A stretch of DNA of 64,000 nt, taken from the NCBI RefSeq assembly GCF_009834535.1, contig NC_045697.1, positions 48,548,001-48,612,000 of the forward strand, given 5' to 3'. The notes beneath the pieces were generated by a model, which saw nothing but the letters and a program-made list of their open reading frames with translations, was not told the DNA's origin and did not search any database. Within the stretch, counting starts at the first letter, position 1. The number at the start of each line of letters is the position of its first letter. This stretch comes from Camelus ferus. Taxonomy: Eukaryota. The translations under genes were made by a program, and so were the position numbers. This document shows positions 49,876 through 63,051 of this stretch, piece by piece.

Positions 49876-51789
49876 AGAATTACCAATCTGGTTTTAAAGT
49901 CGAATAAACTGGAATTCAGAAAGGTTACCTGCCCCAAGTTACATTGCAAGTGAATGGCAGAACTGGGGATGAATTTAGTGTGATTGCAATCCCATGCTCA
50001 CTACTCCTCCTAAAACATGTTAATGTTGTAGGCACACCTTGAAGATTAAGGAATGAATCACAGAAATTTGGAGGTACATTAGAGATTTTTGAGTCTGTTC
50101 CCCAGGATAAGGAATCAGGAGTCAGGAGGGCTATATTAACTTGTAAGTCTGAGATCGTAGAGCTGGATGGTTACAGAGTAGGACCAACACCACAGATTGC
50201 CACACAGTGCTCCTTCCACTCCAGTACACAGCTCGTTTTGTAAATATAATTAACCCAATAAGAAAATTAAAAGATACATATTTATTTTTACTACAAATCT
50301 AATGTATATTATATTTGGAAGTTATAAAATTATAGAATGGCTTCATTTCTTCTAAATAGTATTATGAGCCCTGTGTCTAATGGAATCTTAAAGATTATTT
50401 TATGTTTGATTATTTCTCTTCTTGCTGCCTAATACTTTCTCCTAGGAAGTAATTTCCTAAATAAAATGTTACAGCTGAAATTAAGTTAGCAATTAAAAAC
50501 AAATGAACTACTTGTTACAGTCTCTAGGAAACACTTTGGATGAACTAAAGTGTTACTCATTTAGCAAATTAAATATTGCCTGCACAATTGTACTCATGTT
50601 CACCGTTTCCTTACAGTGATATGAACAGGGACTTTTGCAGTTTTAAAAGATGAAGAAGGTAATATAAGATGTTTTATCTAGATCAAAAGGTAATCTATTA
50701 AGACCTGTCATAAGACTGCAATGACAATCGTTTAAAATGAGGGAAAAAAAGTCATTACACCATTTTTTTAATCATGATTTGATGAACTAATTCAAGGAAG
50801 CACACTAAATATTCTCTAATGTTATACTAAAACTGGACACATTGCTTGTGTCTAGGGGGAAACAAATCTTTTATTAAAATTTTAACTTGCAAATTAATGC
50901 CACATATGGGGATTCTGACTTAGTAAGATCAAAGTCACACATCTGATGATATAGTTCTTCACAAGGAAGACCCTATAGCCATACATATTGACTAGTTATT
51001 TTCTTTATTATTTTTGCAGTTGTTTAAAAAAAATCTTCGTGTTATTTATATTCATTTTATAAATATTTAGTTTATATTATGCCACATGAATTGCTTTGAA
51101 GCTTTGTCCTTGACCAAATCTGAAAGTATGGTTCCTTCTTTTCCCCTCCTCACTGCCATAAAGACCAGGAAGTAACAGCCATTATTTCCAACTTATTGAT
51201 GTAATTTTTCTCATAATGGACTGTTTCTTTTCCCTGTACAGTCTTGAGTATTTCTGCCATTGCATATGTGAATTTCCAAGACTGCCCTTCTTCCTACCTG
51301 GGAGAAGAGGGAACAAAAGTATGGAAATAATCAATGTTTCCAAAAGAATCAATGTAATAAAAATATCTATTGAAAGAAATATAATGTGTTGCATTCATGC
51401 ATATTTGAATAGTAGCAGCTGTTTTATTTCAAGAGCCAGGGAGATTTTCCCTTAATGGAAACAGATAGAATCATAGGGCTAAAATAGAGCCTCAAGTTTC
51501 ATCCTTTTGCCTTAAGACAGATCTATCCCTAAATAATTTGGGGTAGACAGGCCTCATTATCTTTGAAAAGATTGATAAGAAGAGAAAGTGTCTTTTGAAA
51601 AGTACCCTTAGTAAACACTTGTATTGTAAAGTACAATTCAACTCTTAAGAATGTCATTTTTTTTTTATCTCCCACTTTAAGAAGTGTTTCAAAGTAGAAC
51701 AGTTACTACTTTCTATCTGTATTCAAGATTTGTACTAAGTACCCTTCTGTAGTGTTCTCAGACTTCTTAGATAATGGTGCTTGTAGCAA

Positions 51790-52280
51790 ATGTTACCTTC
51801 CCCAGTGCTCGCCAACAAATCTCCAACACCAGATGGGTGTCCATTCAAATCTGACACTACACAGACCCCATCGATTAAGGGTCAGTCCCAAAAGACTGCC
51901 CTCACTTCAGATGCCAGTTACAAGTCCAAGGGCCATCTGCACTTCTAAGGACCAATATGACTACAAATTTAGGGGTTCCTATCTATGACCCCTCTTCAGG
52001 TTTGATAATTCAATAAAATGACTCAGAGAACTCAGGAAAGCACTATAGCTAGAATTACTGTTTTATTATAAAGGTTACAACTCAGGAACGGCCATATGGA
52101 AGAGATATATAAGTCAAGGTCTGGGGTGGGAAGGCCTGAAAATTTGTGCCCTTCCAGGTACATCAATATATTCACCAACCAGGAAAGTCAATGAACCTCC
52201 TTAGAGTTTTTATCAAGGTTTCATTATACAGGCATGGTTGATTAAATCATTGGCCATGTGATGGGACTCAATCTCCCCAA
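51790..52280. mobile_element. LTR of MER21/MER77 type
   Basis: caacaccagatgggtgtcc...aagactgccctcacttcagatgccagt...agaactcaggaaagcacta...ttgattaaatcattggcca. Confidence 0.7.
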
Positions 52281-52319
52281 AACATGAGCATGAGCAGTCA
52301 TTCCCCATTCTCATCTATC

Positions 52320-52760
52320 ACCAATACTTTCTGTCTCTTTGGGCTTGCCCATACTGCCCATTTCATATAAATGGAATCATACAACATGTGGTTATTTGTG
52401 ATTGGCATCTTTTCCCTTGCACAATATTCTCATAGTTCATCCATGTTGCAGCATGTATCAGTAATCCATTCATTTTTTATTGCCAAGTAATATTCTATTG
52501 TAAGGATAGAACACATTTTGTTTCTCCATTATTAGTTGATAGACACTTGGGAAGTTTCCACTTTTTGACTATTATGAATAATGTTCCTACGAACATTTGC
52601 ATATAAGCTTTTATGTGAATTGTGTTTTCATTTCTTTTGCATATATACCTGGGAGTAGAACTGCTGTGTTATATCTCTATATTCAACCTTTCAAAGAGTC
52701 GACAGACCGTTCTCCAAAGCAAGGGTGGCACCATTTGACATTCTCACCAGTCGTGTCTGA
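52320..52760 (-). mobile_element. L1MB-type fragment
   Basis: catttcatataaatggaatcatacaa...ttcatccatgttgcagcatgtatcagta...tttccactttttgactattatgaataatg...atatacctgggagtagaactgctg. Confidence 0.85.
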
Positions 52761-53029
52761 AGAGCACAGGATCTTCTATCTCCACCCACGAGAAAAGTAA
52801 AACTCTTGTTGTAGGTCTAATTTTTTAAAACCTGGGGAAAGATTTTATTTGGCCTGGCCTGGGTCAGATGCTGACCTGTTTTCTCATCTCTGTTGTTAGA
52901 AAATAGTCATGTAAAAAGATGGTTATTCAACACACGGCTACGGGAAGGACTGTTTCCCTGGAAAGGGATATCCTGCTATACTGGGCAGACAAAACGTCTG
53001 CCACGGAACCGGAAATGTAAGGACAGTGC

Positions 53030-53210
53030 TACCCCTAAGTAATTGTAAATACATAGGAGCAGTGGGTTGACACAATGACTGGGAGGATGCCTCTGTAGCA
53101 TCTGGGACCTGGAGGTATAAATGTCCTGAAATGTACAGAATGGTCTTATTCAATAAAGATTTGTTCTGCCCAAAGGCCAATAATGTTCCAGTTTATAAAC
53201 CCAATTCTGT
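53030..53210. mobile_element. MER20-like hAT element
   Basis: aatgtcctgaaatgtacagaatggtc...aaagatttgttctgcccaaaggccaataatgttcc. Confidence 0.5.
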
Positions 53211-53269
53211 GATAATAAACTCTTCCTTTTACTAATTTGGAACATATCTATTCAAAATAAAGATTTTTA

Positions 53270-53622
53270 TTTGCCAGCCTGCCTTTGTAGCTAGAAGTGG
53301 CCGTGCCGTCAAGTTCTGGTCAGTGCTGTGTGTGACTTCTGAGAAGTGTCCCTAGAGAGAGGGGTTGTGCCCTCACTTTTCCACTCTTAATTCCTGCTAG
53401 CTGGGATGCAGAGATGATGGCTGGTGCTGGAACAGCCATCCAGACCATGAAATGGAAATCCCATTTTGAGATATGGTAAAACAAGATGGGAGGAATAGGA
53501 TGATCACAGACTGCCATACCCACTCTGCACTGCCCATGGTTACATGTGAAGAAATCAACTTCTATCTCAATAAATCCTTGTTGTTTTAGTTTTCTGTCAC
53601 TCTTAGCTGAACCAGATATAAC
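53270..53622 (+). mobile_element. MaLR (MLT1J-like) LTR followed by a MIR (to ~53850)
   Basis: gcctgcctttgtagctagaagtggcc...tgtgtgacttctgagaagtgtcc...gatgatggctggtgctggaacagccatc...gctgaaccagata. Confidence 0.7.
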
Positions 53623-55699
53623 CATGTTCTACATGCCAGGCACCTTCTCTATGTGCCAAATACCATCCTGTGAAAATACTTTCCATGTATTAACTCAATT
53701 ACACCATATATCAAATCAACTTGATAAGTACTTCTATCTACATCCCACATTTTGAGATGGAAAAACTGAGGCTCAGGAAAATTAAATAGCTTGCCCAAAT
53801 TCATCACAGATTTTTCATAGAAGATGCTACTTCCAGAGCCCATGTCTGAAACTATCTTACTGAGACACCAACAAATTAACAAAGCCCAGAATAAACTGAT
53901 CATGACAAAACCAACAGTAATGTATAATTAATAGGCAGGATGAACTATAAACAGAACCTCATCTCCCTCAATATAAAAGTGATGATGCACAGTAAGTAAT
54001 CAGCCTTTTGGGGGAAATCCAGCTATTTGCATATGTGCCTTTGCCAAGCATTTTTGTGGCTGCCAGACTTTTGAGTAGGGTGCTAAATTAGAATCCTTAG
54101 TACTCTTTAGACATGTGCCAATTGTAGCTTATAAATATCAAATTTTAATAATTCATTTAGTAGACTACTAAGTGGCCCTTAGCTACAAGACAAAAATGAA
54201 AATCTGTGAAATTACATATCCTTCATATGTAATGAATGAAGACTGTGCATTTGTTAAATTTACAATCTGTCAAGAGGACCTACATTCCATACCTTGAGAA
54301 TCATTCTTATAAAATGCTGTGTGTGAAATTAAGGCTCTTGCTCGAAATTCGTAGCCCTCTGTTTCTTGTTTCTTTATATCTCATATTTTCTCACACATTT
54401 GTGTGTCTCTCAAATTGGTTTGAAATTTAGGACACTGAATGTTCTGAGATGATTAAATTCAATTAACACTTGCAATACCCACTACTTGCAAATGCAGGCA
54501 CTGGGGACAAAATGATGACTAACAATGAGCCTTACCCTCTGGAAACTCACAATCCACTAGGGAGACACTAACAAGACAAGTATAATGCAAGTGAGATGGA
54601 CAAAACGGAGGTGTTCTATAAGAAGAGGGAGGAAAGTGATCATTTGTGCCTCTGGATATTGAGGAAGGCTCGAACAATCCTTAGGATTCTGTCAAATGGA
54701 GAAGAGAGAAACCAGACTGAGAAAAAATGGCACAAAACTGTAGAAAAAATGAAACAGGATTAGGGAGTCACAAGAAGCCCAGGGCAATTTATTTATTTAA
54801 AGTTATATTATGTACTACTACTCTAATGTACATTGTAAAAACAAATATAAATAGAACTTATAAGGAAAAAACAAGCAATTATAAAAATATTGCTAATCAT
54901 GAACATGGTAAAATTAAGCAGTTTTAAAGCAGAACTAAAAGCTCATTAATTCGTTTTCTAACTTTGTGATGTTTAATAGTATGAAACTGAGCACTTTATA
55001 CTTGTCTGGGTGCTTTATTTTTTTCCAGGAGAGAGATATTAGGGAAAGTTATGAGACCCAGTAAAAGCATGATACTCTACTGGGGAATTTTTATGAATCA
55101 TCCTTTCTATAAATACAAAAATCACAGTCACATCATACTATACTTACACTTTGCACACTGACACACAAAAAGATATTGCTAGTTGTGATAGCTTTTTACA
55201 CTATTATTAGCTAATACTTCAAACCCCAAATTACACCTAAGGAAGAGACCATCATTAAAGATGGAGAAGGTAAATCTCCATTTCAAATTTTCTTTACCAT
55301 AATTTTAAAATTGGGGACCAATTCTTGTCACATGTGGTTAGATGGTTATTGTTTTAAGTCTAAGGTTGCTGAAGACACCTACTGGGTATAGCCCCAGTCC
55401 CTTGGGCTTACAGTTTTACTGTTTTACTTCCTTGATTTAAAGTTTAGTATTAACTTTAATTCATAGTTTCTTTGATTTAAAAATATTTGCCTTCTTGGTG
55501 AAGATTAATTTGAAACCAGATAAACAATCTGTAAATCCACCCAATAGGCACACAAACAGCATTAAAGTTACAGTACATTCTGAATGCAAACAGTGAGGCT
55601 GCCACTGTCAGCCTCTTCCAGTTGTGGTTCCTTCCTTAGGGTACTTCCCTTCCTGCCTGTGACCTGAGGTAGCCCAAGTGAGAACAGCTACATCCATCT

Positions 55700-56560
55700 G
55701 TGTAAGTGTGGGCATCTCCCTGACGAGAACATAAACACAATGAACGCAGTACTGGATACACAGCAGGCATTCAATACATGTGTTGCATAAATGAAGAGGG
55801 AGGAAAGGTAGATCTTTGTAGGTAATCTTGAAGATCTTGATTGTACATGCAATGAAAAACCATTACAAAGCTGTCTCGGAGTTTTGTTTGCATGTTGTTT
55901 TCACAAGAAAGGGAATGATCAGATCTGGGTTTTAGGCTTATAAAATGAGCAGCAGAGTGGAGGATGGACTGGAGTCAGAGAGGGAAGACTAGGAGACAGG
56001 AGATTGGTAAGGAGGCTAGTACCACAGTCCAGGTGAAAGATGCAAGAGCCTGAAATGGGACAGCGGCCAAGGGAATGGACATGAGATCAAGTTTAGGAGA
56101 CACAGTTAATAGCACTTGATGACTAATTGGCAATGGGAATGAGGAAGGTGTTTGGGGTTAATTCAAGTTGTCCAGTTTGGACGCCTGTGAACTCAATGAC
56201 TCAGGAAGAGTGACTTTGTGGGAAGGATGGTGAAGAGTCTGGACAAGCTGATTCTGAGCCTAGAGAGCCCCAGCCCCAGCAAGAAGCTGGCAGTGTGAGA
56301 CTGGAGCTCAGGAGGAAGGCCCCAGGGTGGGGGTGGGGGTGGGGGTGGGGGTGGGGGTGGTACATATTTAGAGGTGATAATTAAAACAATATGTGATAAG
56401 GTTTCTCCCAAGGGGAGGATATATTTGAAAGAGAAGTCCATCCTATCACTTCTCAGCTTTAAAACTGTTGGCCATCTGTGATCTAAAAAGATAAAAATCC
56501 CAACGTCTTAATCTGATCCTCAAAACCCTGCCCAGTCTAGTACCAGCCTATCTCTTGTTC
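55700..56560. mobile_element. L2 LINE fragments
   Basis: atgatcagatctgggttttagg...ggaggctagtaccacagtccaggtgaaagatg...gtgagactggagctcaggaggaagg, typical of antisense L2. Confidence 0.7.
56325..56360 (+). repeat. (GGGGGT)5 G-quadruplex-type repeat
   Basis: Read directly: gggt(gggggt)5gg. Confidence 0.95.
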
Positions 56561-56941
56561 ATTTATTCAACCCATCAGCCTTCGTAGAGAGCCTGGATGT
56601 GCCGTGGTGTGTGATGGGGACAGAGAGACGATAAGTCTTGGTTGTTGCCCTACAGGGAGGTCTAATGGGGAAGACAGACAACAAAACAGACTATTAGCTT
56701 TCAGTCAGGAGAGTAACAGGGACAATCTCGTAGGAAGATTTGAGGGAGTTCATACATACAAAGCCCTTAAAACGGTGCTAAATATGCAATAGCTATCATT
56801 ATTATAGGAGAGGCATGTACTGGGTGTGTTTCCCTTGAATGGGGGACCACTGAGCTGAATCTCGAAGGAAATTTAAGTTAGCCAGAATAAACGAAGGGGT
56901 GGGATTGGAAAGACCTTCCTGAACTTCTTCCTATTCCCTTG

Positions 56942-57405
56942 TGTAGTGGGTTGAATAGTGCCCCCCCCAATATATGTTCACATCCAAACCTCTGGAACAT
57001 TCATTTATTTGTAAAAAGGTAAAGATCTGCAAATGTAATTCAATTAAGGTTCTTATGATTCCAATCATCCTGGATTATCTGAGTGGGCCCTAAATCCAAT
57101 GACAAATTTCCTTATAAGAGATGTAAGAGGAGATGGAAGAAAAGATGGCCATGTGGAGATGAAGCCAGGGATGGGAGTGATGTGGCCACAAGCTAAGGAA
57201 GCCAAAGAATGCAGGGTTTCCAGGAGCTCCAAGAGGAAAAGGAGGATCCTCTCCTAGAGTCTCCGGAGGGAGTGTGGTCCCACCAACACCTAATTTCCAA
57301 CGTTACCTACTGAAGTGTGAGAGGACACATTTCCATTATTTTAAGCCCCCCCCCCCCGCCCCCAGTTGGTGACAATTCATTACAGCAGTCCCAGGAAACG
57401 CACAG
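56942..57405 (+). mobile_element. MaLR (MLT1B/C-like) solo LTR
   Basis: tgtagtgggttgaatagtgcccccc...tcatcctggattat...gggccctaaatccaatgac...gccacaagctaaggaa...ttacagcagtcccaggaaac. Confidence 0.85.
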
Positions 57406-58814
57406 GCCTTGTTCTACTGAGATGTCTCCACAACTAACTCAGGACACAGTGGAGGGTCAGGTGCTGTGAAAGCTAAGCTCTAGAATTGTATATCCAATTG
57501 CCCACTTGCCATCTCTACTTAAAGGACTAATGGGCATCTCAAAGTCAATTTTCCTCAAAAAGAAGTGCCTGGAGGTACCTAGAAGTGGAAGGTGATTTAC
57601 CCAAATGGTCAGAAAAGGCCTCTGGGAGGAGGTGACACGCGCAGTACTAACGAGAATGAACTAAGGCAGCGACTAAAGGAGGGTGGTTCAGAGCAAGGTG
57701 CTCTTTTTTGTTTTTGTTTTGTTTTGTTTTGTTTTAGGAAGGAAAACAGCTCTTGGGGATGAAGACACAAGGGAGAGGGGTAACAGCAGGAGAAAGCATC
57801 CGAGGAGGCAGAAGTGATGGGGGCTAAGGTGAGAAAGCAGAATGGGGATCGGGGTCTTTGAAGGGAAACAGTAAGAACAGAGCAGGGCTAAATGATGCTG
57901 ACTCCAGACTCAAAGTGTTAGGATTTGAATCCTGGCTCTGCTGCTTACTGGTTACAAAATAGGAGGAAATGACATTACTTGGATCTTGGTATCCTCCACT
58001 ATAAAGTAAGGCTACTAATAGCTCCTATCTCATAGGAATTTGCTAGGAGAATTAAATATATTAATATGTGTGAAGTACTTGGCTCCACATCCATATATGT
58101 AATCCATGTCATTGTTATTATAGGGATCTGAGAAGGAGCATCAAGTTTAGAATCAGAATGTGATCACTGGAAGGAACTTCAGAATCATCTAGTCTAATTC
58201 CCTCATTGCACAAATGAAGACACTGAGGGCCAGAGTGCTTGCAAATTGGCCGGATTTAAAGAGCTAGTTATGGGCAGAGTCAAGACTAGACTAACTGCTT
58301 GAAAGTCTGAGCTTTTTCTAGGTAAGCATCACATACAGACTTGGGAATCATAAGAACGCAGGCGGTAATTCAATGTGGGAAAACAGCATCACTCAGGTGG
58401 GACCCACCATCTCTTACTTGGCCCTCTGGTCTCCCAGTTGGATTTTCTGTTTCTACTTTGGCCTCCCCTATAATCTATCCTCCACGCGCAGCCAGATGTT
58501 GTTATACATAAATCACATGCTACTCTCTCGATTGTAGACCTTCAGTAGATTCCCATCACGCTTAAACTAAGACCCAACCCCCATTAGGCTTTCCAGGATC
58601 CAGACCCAGCTCCCTGTTTTCACTTCTCACTCCACGCTTCCCTCTCTCACGGCGCTCCAGCTTGGTCCCTGGTCTGCTTTCTATTCCTCAAACGCACCAC
58701 ACTCATTTCATGAAGTAACGCTAGCTATTCCCTCTGTGTGGAAGGCTCTCTCCATCCCTCTCCTCTCTCCTCCATCTTCACGTGGCTGTCTCCTCCTCTG
58801 TTTATTGATATCTT

Positions 58815-58932
58815 TTGTTGTTGTTGGAGGGGAGGTAATTAGGTGTATTTATTTATGTGATTTTTTTTAATGGAGGTACTGGGACTGAACCCAGCTAGGC
58901 ACGTGCTCTACCACTGAGCTATACCCTCCCCC
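58815..58932 (-). mobile_element. tRNA-Ala-derived camelid-type SINE inside an L2 fragment
   Basis: gggaggtaattagg...tggaggtactggggactgaaccca...tctaccactgagctataccctcccc; approximate TSD ttattga(t/c)a(t/g)ctt at 58802-58814 and 58934-58946. Confidence 0.9.
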
Positions 58933-59929
58933 GTTATTGACAGCTTCTAAGAGAGGCCTTCAGTGTGCATCCTTGCCAGAGCAGCTCTTCAGTCAACCTC
59001 TATCACATCAATTGGCTTTTGTATCTGATCACTTATCTAGTGATATTTTCTTATTTATTGTTACGTTTATTGTCTGTCTCTTCCCTATGGGAATGGAAGT
59101 TTCCTGAAAGAGATTTTGTCTGGTTTACCACTGTGTTCCCAGTGTTAGGGAAAAGCACATACACATGGTAGACCCTCAATAAATACTGACAAATAAATAA
59201 GTGATTAAAGGCTCAGGACACATGAAGGGAAATAAAGGCAGAGAGCCTCATATCATTAGATTATCTGGCTTGTAAGTTAGAGCCCTCAACCTCAGCTTGT
59301 TGTCCGCATAAAAATGCTTTCTCCTTGGTGCTTCAGGGTCCCTGGGGAGTACCCAGACTTGTGGAAATCTAAATGTGAGAGAAAGAGAGGAGGAGGAGAA
59401 AGAGGAAGGGCAGGGGGAAAAAGTGGGATAGAGAGAAAGAGGAGGGGGTGAGGGAAGGAGAAAGAGCGGCAAAGGGGTGGGGGGAGAAAGAGGGCAGGCG
59501 GGGCGAGCACCCTGGTTTCCTCTCCTGCCTTTCTACAGCGCACCTTAGCCCCAGCTTCACCTGGGGAGCTGTCCGCCTACCTGGAGGTGGTCATGGGCAA
59601 TTCCACCTTCCTGGGTGGAGATTCCACTCTACATCCACAATCGAGGTTTGAACTGAAGGGAAAGAATAAGCGCATCAGAATACACCCTACAAAACATACA
59701 TACATATAAATAGCAAGGAGCACTACTTCCTGCAAGACAACAACCTCTGTTCTACACACTTCCCATACTTGTTCTGAGGATCAGATAAAGGAGAGTAATC
59801 TGGAATGTGTCACGCACGCGTAAGTCACTATATTACACTGTTTGCTGAGTGTATCAGTTGATGAGGAACAGAGTGATTGCTCCTGGCAAAATGCCATTTG
59901 TGTTACTCACACTGCAAGACTAAAGTCTT

Positions 59930-62370
59930 ATGTGAATGATTCATGATGTCCTCTCCATCCTCGATGACTTCAGTATCCTCAAGGAAGACTCATTCAACAC
60001 CCAGTCTCACAGTTCCGTGATGTTATCTCCTCCAATGCCTCTCACATCCTCTATGCTTCATTCATATGGTCACACTCTGAATCTACTGCAAAGAATTCCA
60101 CTTTGGAAACCTAAAACCCCCAAACTTAAGAATATTTGATGTTCTACTATAACTCAATAAAAAAAGTTAAAAAAAATATTTGATGTTCTGCTTACAGTAA
60201 CCTAGGCTTCTCACTCCTATATTCATTTATTGCCTTTGAGCCTACTTTTTAACCTCACCAAGACTTCCTTGAATCTTTTCTCCCTGTGTCTTAGCCCCCT
60301 AATTAATGCAGTAGCCTTTTTTTTTTTTTTTTTTTTTCTGTTCTCAATGGGAAAAGTGACTTTCCCTGTCCTGTCCCGGGGAATCTCTTCACCTGAACTC
60401 TGGACTCCAGCCCCACCCTCACACCCCGTTTCATCAATTATTTACACTCTCCTCTAGATCTTTCAACTTATCCTTTCCTGGCTTTTTTCCTCCAGCACAT
60501 AGACATGATCATATCTCTCTCCTTGTTTTTTTTTTTCAGTTTAATCATTCAGCAAGAATTTATTGAGTGTTACTTAAGCACCATGTATCTCTTCTAACAA
60601 CTACCAAAAACCAAACAAATAAAAAATTTAAGTTACACAATCCGATATTCTCCTTATCTAGAATTCTCTTTGTCCTTCCTTTCACAGTCAAGTCTTTCTC
60701 ACCTGACTCGAACCCTACTCTCTCCTCACCCCTCTGTAACCTGACTTCTGTCCCCATCACTCTTTTGAGACTGCTCCTAGCTCAGCCTCAGGGACCTACC
60801 AGGCAATGGTCACATTTCACTTCTTATCTAAGTTGGCATCAACTCCAGAAAGCTGTTCCCCTTCTGCTCCTGGGCCTCTGTGACACCACACTCAGTCATG
60901 TTCTTCCTCCCTCTCCAGCCGCTCCTTCTAAGTCTCCTAACAGGTTTCTTTTCCTCTTTCTCTTTGGTAACTGTGGATTCACCCGCTCCCTCCTTCCCTT
61001 CCCTTGGCAGGCATACTCTTTGTAAGCAATTTTATCATCATCTGTGGTTTAAATGACCATTTATATATGCTAATGTCATACATTGTTACAGCCTCCAATC
61101 TATATGGTCAACTGCCTTCTAGGCATTCCTGTTTTTAATGGCCCAAAGGCACCTCAAACTTAATATGTCTCAAACTGAATTTATCTTCTTTGTTTCTAGA
61201 ACTGACTGTTCATTCTGCATTTCTATCCATATATATGGTAACATCCATCCATCTAGGGACTCAGGCCAGATGCATGACAGAAGGCAGGTTGTTCCTCACG
61301 TCCAGACTCCTGTGGCTGCAAATCCTATTGACTTGCCACCCCTCTCCCATCCATCCATTCATCTGCCTTTTTCTGACACTGCTGAACTTGGACCTTTTGG
61401 CTCCCTTATCTGGATCATCTCAATAATTTCTGGACTGGTTTTCCTATTGGCCTTTATCTCCTTTCTCCCACCTAGAGATTTGATATTGTTTTTTCTTCAT
61501 CATTGTTGTTGATTTACATCTTTTTTTCTTTAGTGTCTTTTTCAGACTAAAAAGGAATATACTCTTATCATAAAATAGCCAATAGTTTATAAGGCTGTAA
61601 AGAAAAAGGTAAAGTTACCCCTGATCCAGTCCTCAAATCTTACTCCCAAAAACTTTTTTTTTCTAAAAATAGGAATTTATTAATCATGCTTTACTTCTTC
61701 CACTTTAAGAGGCACCTTCCCCCCCCCCCACATTTTAACATCTCTGAAATCAAACTATCATACAATCAATAGTGTCTTAGATTTGGTTAGATACATTATT
61801 GTTCTGCAATGTCCTATTTTTACTCGTTAATATGGGTCACAATTCCAAACTGGCACTTACCTCCAGGATAATGTTTCTAAAGTACAAATCTGGTCAGGTC
61901 ACTAACCCTCCTAAAAATTCTTCAAAGGCTCCCCTCCCCACCCCAACCCCTTCATCTTCTGACTCCCTCCTAATTTTGCGAGTCTTGTTTCTAGCACATC
62001 CACATAGATCCTCTTCCTTAAAGCCAAGTAGACCTATTTGCAGTTAGTTCCCCAAATATGCTCTGCTGAGCCAGATCTTGGGCTTTTGCACCAACGTTTC
62101 CTCTGCCTCTTCCTCACCAATTCTACTCCAAGTTGCCTTTTATTGGAGAATTGTCCTGATCCTCCAAGCTGAGCCTGGGTTCTTTCTTTATGTACTGCCT
62201 CTCAATTTCTCCAGGATCTGACCTTTGTTAAATCACTTCACACACAGGTTTAAGCCATTTCTCTTGTTTGTTGCTCCCAATAAAGAGTGAGTTCTTGAGC
62301 ATGCGTTCTTTATACTTGTTTCCAGCAGTGCTACAGCCACGTAGGTGCCACATTAATATTCCTGGAAATA
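59930..62370 (+). mobile_element. Degraded L2 LINE (multiple fragments)
   Basis: Remnant translations LLLGLCDTTLS and RHLKLNMSQTEF (L2 RT region); L2 3' motifs tttctaaagtacaaatctggtcaggtcact and gtgagttcttgag. Confidence 0.65.
60146..60174 (+). mobile_element. 29-bp L1 3'-tail insertion with perfect 15-bp TSD
   Basis: actataactcaataaaaaaagttaaaaaa between two copies of aatatttgatgttct (60131-60145 and 60175-60189); resembles the tail of the young L1 at ~48273-48300. Confidence 0.85.
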
Positions 62371-62909
62371 AAGAAGTCTCTGTGAGGGACGTATAAAAAT
62401 GTTCCCTGAGATAAGGTGAAGAATATTCTAATTAACCATCGCCTTAGCCTGGGACAAGACAGAGAAAAAGGAGGAAAGAAGGTCTTAATACTAAGCCACC
62501 TGGGCTCCCGGAAAGCTAAAGCAATGGGGTTTTTTTTCCTTCCCCTCCCCTGCTTTATATTCCTCCGGACCTACTCTTCCCACTCTCAACTAAAGAGAAT
62601 CTGATTTTAACAACTATGACCTTGGTGACCCCTTCCTTTCTTTCTAGTCCTAAGTGCTTCAAGTTCAAACCTCTATGTTGTCACCTCTTGCCACAAGCTC
62701 CCTTTTTGGTAACCAGTTCTGACAAGTACCAAAGGGGGATTCTTTCCACTTGCCGCTCTACAGCGCCCAGCTGCATTTTGTTTGGCCTCCCTTCCACCCC
62801 AGGTATAGACACACCTCACAGTCCCAGCAAGACTCCACCAGGAAATAAACACAGAAGGAAGCTAAAGTTTAATACAAAACTTGTATTCTAATAACTAGCC
62901 TAAAGGCTT

Positions 62910-63051
62910 GGTGGGGTAGGGTATAGCTCAAGTGATAGAGCGCATGCTCAGCATACATGAGCTCCCAGGGTTCAATTCCCAGTACCTCCATTAAATAAAC
63001 AAACAAACAAACCTAATTACCTCCCCAGACAAAAAACAAATACAAAAAAAA
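62910..63051 (+). mobile_element. tRNA-Ala-derived camelid-type SINE
   Basis: gggtatagctcaagtgatagagcgcatgc...gggttcaattcccagtacctcca...cctaattacctcccc; TSD core ctaaaggct at 62900-62908 and 63052-63060. Confidence 0.9.

Noticed and set aside
60567..61512. 152-aa and 124-aa ORFs
   Set aside because: They lie in pyrimidine-rich degraded L2; only short L2 RT remnant motifs are recognisable.
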